Shown here piece by piece: positions 1-12,800 of a DNA stretch of 64,000 nucleotides; within the stretch, counting starts at the first letter, position 1; the number at the start of each line of letters is the position of its first letter. Under the pieces are notes generated by a model that ran no database searches, was not told where the DNA came from, and saw nothing but the letters and a program-made list of their open reading frames with translations. The translations under genes and the position numbers were made by a program. The stretch is from assembly GCF_964355755.1 (NCBI RefSeq), contig NC_092673.1:8370001-8434000 (forward strand), given 5' to 3'. Source of the stretch: Antedon mediterranea (lineage: Eukaryota; Animalia; Echinodermata).

Positions 1-844
1 TTTTCAATTTTCACAACCCATCCAAGTTCCCCAGCACAGATTGTAAACATTTATATAAATAACTATATTTACTATTAGGAGCTATCTGCGTTCTGAAATT
101 GCAAAGCCTTGTACCTTTTTAAAAATTGGAACAGGTTATATTAAAGATCTTTTCAGTATCGGAGTAATTTAATTTAGCTTTGTTTTGCGGATGGAATCTA
201 GTATCTCAGTCGGATCAGAGTTTCATCGGTGTTAACGACACGGAGGTAGGCCTACCAAACTAAGACTTCACAGCGAATGTAGCTCGGAAAGGTGTTTTCA
301 TAATCAATATTGTTGCAATAGTGTATATCTTTATAATAAACAATAGAAATTTGAAACACGTGATACCATATAATTCGATTTTTAAAATAAATAATTTATT
401 TTGTTTGTCCAGTTCTTCCAACTTTTGGAATCAGGTTTACAGGAAAACCTGAATACATCTTGCCATCCTCGCTTGACTTTGTTGTCAGTTTCAAAGCTGA
501 GTAAGTTGCTTAACATTACATGTTTCCGAATTATGACCGACCAAACAAGATTTTTATTTATAGTAATAGAGGAATTGATAAACAACACATTCACAATTAA
601 TTTCCTTTCTTTAGGTTTATTGTATGCTATTTTGTTATTTCTTTTCAAGTGCAACTTTAGAAAAAAAATTCGGACCGAAAACCATGTATTATGGGCAATA
701 TGACCATTGTTAAAGACATATCATCCGAATCATATAAATTACGTTACTCTTTATGTATAATCACTAACTAACTATGTTACTGATTACATTGAATCCCATT
801 AATGACTCACTCAAATCATAATGATTTACATATATTTTTAACAG

Positions 845-3800
845 ATACATATACGGTAAACCTGTAGAGGGTGTCTACAATTTTCATGTTGGATATGTAG
901 GTTCTAATGACGATCCAGTAATAATTAAAAAATTCAGGGGCGAGGTAAGATAAAGACAAAATAAAATTGAAACATTACCATGTAATGTTTAAGTCTTCTT
1001 AAATTTACTATAAAATGTAAAACCAGGGAAGAGTGATCTGGTCAGTCAGATCGTTAACTTTCGCGGTGATTATAATTGCTTTATTAACTATCAACAAACA
1101 ATAATTATTAAGTGCATAATATGAGTAGATAACAGAAATGAAATCATGGGCATGATACTACATAGTAAACATAATTATAAAATGTAACAAATAAAAAAAT
1201 TATACTTTTTGTAGCTTCAATCCAATGGAGAAATATTAATACCAGTCATGTTACAATCAACTGTTGATGATTTCGACTTTCTAGTTGGAAAGAAACTTCA
1301 CTTGGAAGCAGTTGTGAGGTCAAGTGACAGTAAAACCGAAAAGATAATTGACAATAGCATACCGTTTGCAAACAGCGCGTACATACTGGAGACCACAGAC
1401 ACAGTGCAATATTTTAAGCCAGGGCTGCCTTATGAAATAAAGGTAAACATTTATTTCTGTTTCTCTGTTTCTTCAGCGTTGACTCAGATAGCACTAAATT
1501 AATTGAAATGTTGAAATAGCGTAAGCCGTGCCTGCCTTAGGAGGTGGTGCAGGAGGAAGAGTAGGGAGGAGGAAGAAGAGGAAGGGAGAAAGAGGAGGAG
1601 GAATGGGGTTTCTTTTTATATTTATTTAATAATCGTGGTTTCTGCCTTGATTCGGTTACTTTCGAAGAGGCTTTTAACCAAATCCAATCCACTTGTTATG
1701 ATATGATGATGTCAAGCATTGGTTGATTGTATAGTTGTCCTCCGTCTGGTCTACTTTCACCGGAAGCCACTAACAATGTTTTTATAGCATGTAAGGTAAA
1801 ACAAAATAGTTACAGTTTATAACAGTATGAGTTTATTTGATAATTACGTAAATATAGTCACTTTGAATTATTCGTCGGCCTGGTTTTCCTATTTTACAGT
1901 TAGAAAGTTATTACTATAATTTAAATATACAGTTGAAAATTTATAGATATTTCTGCAATGTGTGTACTACAAAAGGTATTTATTTTGTTGTATTATTTTT
2001 CATTCCCAAGTTTAAATTACTTTTTGTCAACAATAAACCTGCACCACATACTGGGGTACACATCACGGCAAAAGTTGATGGAGAACCATTAATGTTTTCA
2101 CAAGGAGATTTTCAATTGGAACCTAATACGAACGGAATTGGAGAAGTTAAAGCGAGACTTGATATTCCGGAAAATGCAAATATTTTAACTATCACCGTAA
2201 GTAATCGAATAGAAAACCGATATTAAATATTATATAACACCTATATAAATTCCTGTCATTTGATTGGACGAATGTGGGTCACATGGCGTGCAATAGTACG
2301 CACTATTCAACGATCGTTAAATAGTACTTTTTGAAACATTTTTGTGTACGAAAAATAAACGTCTAGATGTTATATAAAACAAATAATGAATGTTTTGTAT
2401 TCGTGTAATGGTACAAATAATGGCACTTGGTGAATGATGAAAGGTTATATCAACTCGGCTTTGCCTCGTTGATATAACCTTTCATCATTCACCTCGTGCC
2501 ATTATTTATACCATTGCACTCATAAACATTCATTATTTGTATACTATGTACCTCTAGTGATTATTATGTATATGCATCTAATTATATTTTTGTCATTCTA
2601 GTTGTTGGTTGACATAATCACATGCTGTTAATAATTTTTCCTATCAACAGTGTTTACAATTAGTTAAAGAATAGAACAGTTATGAAAGTAAATCAACGAA
2701 TATTCTCGGTGATACCTTCATTATTCCATTTAACTTAGCTCCAACTCGTTGACTAAAACGGTCGATATATTTTTTTGTTCTAATAACATATTTCTTCCAT
2801 TATTAAACTCACAACATTCATTTTATCTATCCTTTGGACAGCCCACTTACTTAATCGAAACTCTCTCACTAATAAAATATCTATAACATTTACAGTATTT
2901 TTCTAATTTATATGATTTATTGATTTTTCTTTCACATTAGCCTTATTTATATTTAGACATATTTATTTTCTATTAAATTATTACGTTCACCTCAGAACAA
3001 GTTCCAGACAACTGGTGATTTTATTTTAGAATGATTTTCTAGCGAATTAACAATACAGTTTTTTTTAACTATTTCTTCCAGTAACATTATCTAGCCATGC
3101 TGTTGTGTCATTATGTCATTCAAAAACCATATTATTGAACTTGTTTCGTGCATATTATTGATTTTTTAAATATTTCAATAGCATTTCCTTATTTTTTCAT
3201 ATTTTAGTTTTACAGAAATTTTCCATATCTTCATTCTTTTTTTTGACGTAGCAATATTATCAAGTTTTAGTGCTTTAACATTAAACTGTGCTACTTCTGT
3301 AACTTGTGTAATCATTATTTCTAAACATTCGTTATTATACTGCTTTTATAGATTCGACCAACTGGGCTACCTAGTGAATCTGAAAATGGAATGTTTGAAG
3401 TGACAATAAATAAACATGTGACGTCAAGCGGAGATTACATTCTTATTAAACCTTTTACACAACACTTTTTGGTATGAGTGTTAGTTTGTAACTATGATTA
3501 TAGAATCTATTATCTTTATACGTTTTACTTAATCGTGCACTTGTGCTGAGGTTAGTTTTACCTGAAAGCTCTGCCATTTCTTATTGGCTGTTTTACTTAA
3601 TAGTTTGATTTAGGCTACCTTTATGCTTGTTATTATTTGCCATTGATACCAACAGCATTGTATTTTTTCCCAGTAATTTGCATTTTGGTATAATATTCAT
3701 ATTTAATATACGTACATGTATGTCAAAATTATTTTAACTAATTCCCACTTATGTCCAATAAGAAGAAGAAGGGGGGTTGAATTTATTCTTTGGAACAAGA

Positions 3801-6800
3801 AAACAGCCAATAAGTTTTCAACAGGCAAAAAATGAATTCTAAACCGCATAATAAGCCATCCAAACCGAGATTCGAATTCGGAACCTTTCGCTTGGTATAT
3901 ATAGGCATATGTCCTAACCATAATAATTATATATGTTACTTTTGTATTTTTAGCCAGACAATACAGTTGACTTTGATATTCTATTCTCAAATGATGCTCT
4001 TGTTGACCGGATTTACTTCATGGTAAGACTTCTATTTTATTCTAAATTTAAATCGAGGATCAGAATTTGTTTTAACAACAGAAATGAGTTTCGTCTTAAA
4101 ATTGCCAAATAAAATATCATAATCACAAAGCGTACTACAAGCGTAAGGTGTTCTATATAATGATATAGGCTAATTCAACTTTAATACACATTGCATGTAA
4201 ATATAATTTATAAAGATTCAAAAATGAAAATAATAAGCAAAATATTACTTTTGTTAGATTGTTTCCAAAGGAAAGATATTAGAGAAAGGTACAACACATG
4301 TTGGTGGTGTAAGAGTTACATTAACTGTTCCAATCACCTACGAAATGACACCAAGTGCACGAATAATTACATATTTTGTTGACAACAATAATAAAATTGT
4401 AGCTGACTCCCTTTACTTGGACGTTTTAGATGAATGTGAAAATCAGGTATTTACTTATTGTTTATATTGTGACGTTTTTCATAAAGACGCCGTTATAGCT
4501 CAATAAAATGCCGAGTCAATGTTACCGTATTGTATGTTATACACTCTAAATATAATCACCCATGCATTGGACTAATACATAAGACTAACTTGAGAGGGAC
4601 AGTATAGTTAAACATTAATGAATGACTTGAATGCATATCACAATACACATTCTTCACTATAAGTTATTTCAGGATGAATAACGCATTGATTTATACAGGT
4701 TAGGTTACGGGCAGACGATGATGAATATGTACCAGACGATGCAGTAGAATTTACGCTGTATGCTAAGCCAAAAACTAGCATTGGGTTGGTAGCTGTTGAC
4801 GAGGCTGTATTGCAACTGAGAGACACTGACAGATTGAGTTTTAAAAAGGTAAGTTTATATATATTAAAGATGTATTGTCCCTTGAAACACAAAAAATGAA
4901 AAAAAAATATTCTAAATATAAATTGGCCATATCAAAGTAATATTAAAGTTATTCACTTTAAGTCGAAAATTCGAGGCAAAAACAACAAGTTTACGTAATT
5001 AACAGGTAAATTAATTTGATTACATTTCGTCTGGAAAATCGTCACAAGCGAAAGTAAACAAAGATTTCAAACCATTAGTATGCATTATGCATGATGCTAA
5101 TTAGGATTGTTTGCAACTCGTCGCGGTTGGGAAGGTGTTTTCACACAGATCGCGAAGAAGTTTTATGATTATCCATACAGAGTAGCCAAACAAGCACGTT
5201 GCATTATGAGATATGTTTTGATCGAAAACTTTGACTGGAAGTCAAAGTTATTTTTTGAACAAAAAAACGTCTGTATTTCGGTTAAATTATTTTTTTTTCG
5301 ACTAATTTTTGGTGAAAGTTAATTAACTATTATAATACTTCAAAATGACGCACTTTTTTCGAAATATTAAAAAATGTTTTTTTGTTGAATTAGTCAAAGG
5401 GACAATACATCTTTAAGTTAAATTTATTTTATAGCCGAAAAACATCTTCTTACGTACAGTGTAGTGTTTATGTATAGGCCTATGTTAGTTTAAGTACATA
5501 AATACGGGGCGCAGTTTAGGACATTCTATTTTGTTGACAAAGATATAATTTTGTTTCAACAAAAGGCATTTAAATTAAAGAAAGGGTTTCTTTTCATTTT
5601 GTTAATAATATAAGCCTACTGTCTTGAAAATGTTTTATTTTATTTTTAAGACAAATATGTTGTTAACAAATGACTAATGACCAAAATTACCGTCCTCTTT
5701 TTCGATAGATGTTTGAAACTATGGAAAAGTTTGACTTAGGCTGCGGACCAGGTGGAGGATTAGATGCTCAGAGTGTATTTGAAGTAAGACATTTATTTAT
5801 TTATTTTGTTGTATATTGACACTAACAATACTAGAAATGTGTATATAGGCCTACATTAAAGAAAGGTCAACACTAGTAAGAACATTAAATTTTACTTTTG
5901 AGCATTGCAACTAATCTATCTATTTTCTTATAGAATGTATAGTTTAATCCTTTTATCGTGCATTTTTGTATACACAAATGAACATTTTTATATAGAGCAT
6001 TTATTAATAATAGTGACATAATACAATGTACACTTAAAATTATGAATGAGCAAAAACATTTTCCCCATTTTAAACATTATTATTGTGGATAAAATATTAT
6101 TATATGATACAATAAGTATTCAACTTTAAAACTCATATCTGTAGGATTCTGGTCTAACAACTACAAGTGATATTATTGAAACGGATCTTAAATTGGGTAA
6201 GCTAAATAATATTATTTTAATCATTCAAAAAGTTTGCTTAAAATGGGTATTTAGGATTTCCATGCAACCCAAGTTACAAAAGTATATGTAATAATACAGT
6301 TAATGCACTTCTCAACAGTTAAGTTAAGTGTATGTTATAGTGATGTTGATAAATTGTTCCGTTAAAAAGAGAAATAGTACATACCGTCTTGGTACTGTTT
6401 CTACATTTGCCCAGTATTATAATGTGGAATTTGATACACCTTCACATGTGAAACACATGGGGTGGTTGCGATGTGGTGCGGTAGTGAAGTGTGATATAGA
6501 GGTGGTGGTGAGTATTATGGTGGTATTCTAATGGAGGCGAATGTTATGGCGATGGTTGTACTGTAGGTAATTATAAATAGTGATGACAACTGATATGACA
6601 ATGCTTGTTGTATTATATAATAGTGGTGGCCAACATTCTGGTAAAACTGATGATATACTTGTTGACTGTGGTGTTTTGTATTTTCACTATGATGTTGTTG
6701 TTTTAGAAACTGTTAATGTTCAATCTATGTAAATTGAAGACATTATATAATAATAATTAATTTTAATGGTACATTCTGTAGATTTTGGTTGTAAGAGAAG

Positions 6801-9800
6801 TCAGCGAAGACGAAGAAGCGTGCCATATGTATACCGTGATGGTGGGTATATTGAATACTTTAATTTTACTTTATAATAATAGATTGGAATAATGTGACTG
6901 TTTGAAGTAAAGTGTTTAGTCTGGAAAATGTGTAGGTTAACGATTGTTTGGCCAAATTGTTAAGCGCGCAACCTGTTACACACGTTGCTTCTAAAGAGAG
7001 TAAAAATTAATTATGGTGGTAGATAAGAAATTGAGTAGCCTACAGTGCAATTTAAACAATTTCAACCTATATTATTGATAAGCAATATCGTTAAGATGTA
7101 AACAGTCAACTCAATTTGAATGATTGCAATCAACACGACCCTTTACCACTCGACCAAACATTTTGGTTGGGATAGTCACGTCAATTGACTATGATGGCAT
7201 GGTTGTTCAGTCTAGTGTGACCGTGTATTCAAATGAGGCAAATGTGACCGAGGAAGAATAACTTACCGAAAAGGACACTTGCAAATAATGAGCATATTAA
7301 TTATCTGAAACTCTTATCGAGGGCGTTCTAAGCTTGGATTGTTTCCATTTTTGTTTTGTAGATTTAATGTACTGTATCTCTCCAATTCTGGAGGCTTTTT
7401 TGAATAAATTTAATAAATTTGTACATTTTCTTTTTTTAGAAACTGATCAAAAATTAATTACAATTTGTGAAATGGGTTACCGAATAATTGATGACTGGAC
7501 TTGTGAGAGGCGAACTGAACGTATTTCAAAGGTAGAAAATCTTAAAGTGAATGATCCAATTGTGCAGAGATTTTACAATTGTTGTCGATTGAAGGTGATG
7601 GATGGAATGAATCGAGGGAGAACCTTCAGCGGCAGTGACATCGATGATGTCAATGTATTAATTGCCAAAGATGTATCTGTGAGGAGTAACTTCCTAGAAA
7701 GTTTTCTTTTTGAAAACGTTGTTATGTAAGCAACATTTTGTATTTACTTTAAAAAAAAACTTACTTAAAAATTGATGTAGCCTATCGATTAGTAGGCCCA
7801 CCAATGGTATTAACAAGTTGATACATGAACACACTTCCATCAAACAACAACAAACAATATAACTCGAGATAATTCGTAAGTTCATAGAGGTTACATGAAG
7901 TCACTGGGTAAAATCATACAAAGAATATCAGGATTTTTAAAATTTCCTGAAATATGTTGTAAATTGAACAGAAATGAATGGATGGATTGGTTTACTTTAA
8001 AATGTTGTCAAACAGGTCTATATAAACATAAGACGTTATTCTTCATTACGTATGCGGATGTTCAAATGAATGTATTGCAAGTTGCTTTTATATAAAAGTT
8101 GTTGTTTTTTTTCTAGGAAGGAAGACTCAATGAGATATGATTTTAGTCTGCCTAGTAGTATTACTAAATGGCAGATACAAGCTGTGTCTGTGTCACCTAA
8201 CTACGGAATGTGTGTGGCTGATCCACTTACGTTGACAGCGTTCTTAGATTTCTTCATCCAGTTAGATATTCCTTACTCAATTGTCCGTGGAGAACAAGTC
8301 GAAATACAGGCAACGGTGTTCAATTATCAACGGCAGGATCTACGGGTAAGTCACATAAGTTGACCATTCATGTACAATCTGTTATAAGCATGGCTGTAAT
8401 CGAATGGAATCCAATTGTGCATAACTGAGACTACATGCTGCTGGCATTCCCGAAATCACACTAGCCTATGCTGAGGATAAGAGTATTGATTTTTACATTA
8501 CATTTCGTTTTATTTTAAAAATCCTATTGTAGGTTTTCATGTACTTAGAAGGAACTGATGGAATTTGTTCAGAAGCATTGCCTGGTCAGAGGTCAAAGAA
8601 TAAGAAAGATTTTACCGTGTCATCTCAGGATTCTTACACTGTGACGTATCCCATGATTCCACTAAGAGTTGGTGAATTTAAGATCACAGTTCTTGCATTT
8701 ACATTTTCTAAACATGACGCAGTTACCAAAATACTTCGAGTAATTGTGAGTAAGAAAAAAATAAAAAATAAAACTAAATTAAAAAATATATGAAATATTG
8801 AAATTAATGTCACTAGAATAAATGAAAAGTAATTTTTCGATTGAAATTCATAATAACTAAACAATTCCTAATGAATAGGCCTATACCAAGATGTATTAAG
8901 TTTTAAGAATGAAGTCTCCTCTCTATAAAACGTACCGGTATTGACTCATTGTCCACCTGCCAACTTTTTATCGACCGAAGCGCGATCGAGATTTGCTTTT
9001 ATACTCTATCCAAGACTCTATCCAATGTTAGTGATTGATTGCGAGATATGATTTGATGTATTTTTTAAAATATTATAGCGACCTTTATAGTGTTAACACT
9101 TCCATGAAAGTCTAAATCAATAGAAGACTACTACATAGGCCTATATTTGAAAATGTATTTTTTTTTTACATCGACAGCCTGAAGGGGTTACACGTTACAT
9201 TACAATGTCACAAATTCTGGATCCAATAGGAAAGTTAAATGGCCAACCAGCAAATCACGAAGAAGATGATCATGACATGTTTCAGGCAGAGCGTAAGAAC
9301 TGTTTATTTGTGTGATATCTTCAATAAATCGATTTTTGATTTATCAGTTAATCATGATTTGCATATAATATCCATTATTATATGTATTTTTCGTTTAGAA
9401 ATTCGGAGTCTTGAGAATGAAAAGCAAACTGATATCATAGACATCAGACTACCACCAGACGCTATTGATGGTACTGCTCATTGTAAAATTAGAATCACTG
9501 GTAAACATTGTTTTATAATTATGTTTAACTAGCAGATAGATACGTATAGATTACAAACGCCTAGTTTGTTATATTATTATTATTGTTAGGCATATCAAAA
9601 AGTATATAAAATAAGATTGGTTGTAAATATAGTATACTTTTTTTGTACAACAGACGATTCATTGCTAGAGTTATTTTGTTAATTTTGATAAGTGCTCATT
9701 TTTGTTCATTAGTCATAGTAATTATTATTTATGTTTTTGAAGGAACTGTTATGGGACCTACAATCTCTGCGATTGTTGATGATTTGGATAAGATGATAAA

Positions 9801-12800
9801 GAAGCCGACTGGATGTGGCGAGCAGACTTTGATACGAATGGGACCTAACGTATTTGTGACGAAATATTTGACCCAGACCAATCAAATGACTTCAGACTTT
9901 GAGAGGAAGGCGTTTCGTTACTTAAGAATGGGATACGCTATGGAATTAACGTTCTTCAAGCCGAATGGTGCATTTTCGTTATGGGGACCATCGTCAAAAG
10001 GGGAACCTTACTTACCTGGTGATACATCTAGTACTTGGTTTGTATCCATTTTGTATTATAATAAATGGAAAGTAGTATTAAAATGTGTTGAAATGTGTTC
10101 ATGATAGAAAGTGCTTTGAAGTATGTAGTTGAAATACTTTAAAGTTGTATAATAGTGAAAACGTTGCAATATCGGAATCTATGTGGATGGAAATAAGGTC
10201 CACTAAGAATTACAGCCATTGCGATGGAGTAGAGAGGTGGTGGTAGATTGATTTTTTTAACCTAGTTAAATTTAATTAGGATGGCATGTTACAGAAAAGA
10301 TACAAAGAGAACATGGAAGGTAAGAATGTTTGTTGTACCGCGTCTTTGCTGACAATAGTAACATTATTGTTTTCGGTATGATGGAACAATGTAGCTATAA
10401 TTCTAAATTACAACATCATGGTCGAACTAAGCAATAACTTTATTATGGAGTTGATAAGTAGTTGGCTCAAAACTCATCTTGTGATTGACTTTGAATGTCA
10501 AGAAAGTATTATATTATTCTCAACAGTATTAAGGTATATGATTATTATATTTTAGGCTGACGGCATTTGGAACAAAGATACTGTGTCACGCAAAAGACCT
10601 TATTTATGTTGACCCTGACGTCATATGTCGAGCTATTGGTTGGCTTACAAATCCTGAAAAAAGTGAAGTACAACGCGATGATGGTGCTTTTAAGGAATTA
10701 TTCCGTGTACATCATCGAGAGATGACGGTAAGGATACCTTTAATTCGTTGTTGTTATTTGCCATTCCTAGAAATCTAAAACAAAAGCATAAATTAGTTGA
10801 CTTGACCTGATCGATCTTGCGTCAGAATTAACATAGTTTATTCTGGAATTGGTGAATTTAATTAAACACACAATACACGGGCGGTATATAATTTATTATT
10901 ATTTTTTTAGGGTGGTGTCCAAGGAGATGTATCGTTTACTGCATATGTACTGATCACCCTTTTGGAATGTGATATTTGCGATGAACATGTAAGTAACCTT
11001 CGACCGTTTGTAAATTCTATGATGAATAAATGGGCTGCTTGCACAGCATTTATTATCAAATATATAAAAATATTTAAAATGTGTTGTTTGTACACAGAAA
11101 AAACTCTCAATTATAAAAAGACAACATCAAAAATCACGATAATGAAAAAACACATCAAAAGATACAAAAACCAGACAGGCAAAGGGGAAATTCCAATAAC
11201 AACAAATAGTCATGGTGCCTACAATCAGATACAGTTTATAGTTATACTAGTCTTATCTAGATGTTTTGATGTTATATAGAGTTCGGAATAAATGACTTTC
11301 TATATCGAGTTCGAGTGTAAAAAGATCTAATACGGACTAATGATGGGAGAAATTCGTATTTTAAAAACAAGGGATGAGACGGTTGTGCGAGTATACGCTC
11401 TACCATTTTAAGGATCGGAACTTTAGACTTAAAGTCGCAAACGTTTAACTTAGCTATTTTATTAGATTTTTTACGAATGTCATTAGCTGTAAGGCTGTCG
11501 CCCAGACTATAAAACTAAAATAAATCACACTGGATATCATCGAATTATAGTAGGCCTACAATTCGATAATATTTGGATTCATATTAAATTTGCGTAATTG
11601 GTGCATTATGTACAATCGTTTTTCTCCTTTTTTATATAGGGGCCTAGATGTGAAACTATATAGATTATATCATCACTAATCTTAACTACGTTATGGGATT
11701 TATCTTTTCTAAAGTCAATGATCATTTCACATGTTTTTTTAGTGTTTAGAATTAAATTATTGTTTTTACACCATTCAGTAAGACAAAAAATTTCACAATA
11801 ATAATCATTAAAAGTGGCGTTATCAGAAATTATTATATTTGTTTTATTTATTGACAATAAAATTAAAAATATACTGTGTTGGATATGAAAGATAGTACTC
11901 ACTCGATTTTTCTATGATATATTAAATATTATTACATATTCACATCAAAATACAGAACATTTGTAATCAATTATCCACCGAATGATTCTATTCTAGACTC
12001 AACAAGCTAAAACCGCTATTGATAAGGCAGTAATGTTCCTTGAAACAGAGTTTGAGAAAGGTGCGATTGTACGACCTTACGCTGTTGCTATTACAGCATA
12101 TGCTCTCACACTTGCCAACAGTCGCGTCAAACAGACAATAAATGAAAAGCTTCGGGATATTTCAACTTATAAAGCAGGTAATAAAACAACTTCGATAGTA
12201 TTAATTGTTTACATTGTTTAATTCAATGTATATCAAAAAAATGTCAAATTGTATAATATGCAAAAGTAACATGTAGCGGATGTAAGCTATGTCTACACTA
12301 TCAAAATACTTTAGCAAAAATATACCTAAATGTGGTAGTAATATGACGTCATCTGAAAAATAAAAAATTGTATTGTGTATGATATACAAACTAACATTTA
12401 TTTGCTTTTCTATAGGTAGTCCGAAACAAATTGAAAACAAATTTCAATCATCAATTCCAATAAGGTATTGGGGTGTAGACGACAGTACCTTAGCTGGAAC
12501 AAAGAAACCGTTTTGGTACGTCAGAAGACCCTCGGCTATTTCTGTGGAGACAACAAGTTATGCACTCCTCACACAAGTTCTAAACAATGATATAGAATAT
12601 TCTAATCCAATCGTGAGTTGGCTAACAGAACAGAGAAACTATGACGGTGGTTTTGTTTCTACACAGGTATGTAACTTCTATTATAACATGGGTTCAAGGA
12701 TGTAGCCAATCAGACGCGCTGAAATGAGTCACGTGTGTGCGCTCTTTCTTTTTTTAAACTATCATGCATGCACTGGGAGTGCAAAAAGTGCGCATCAAAA

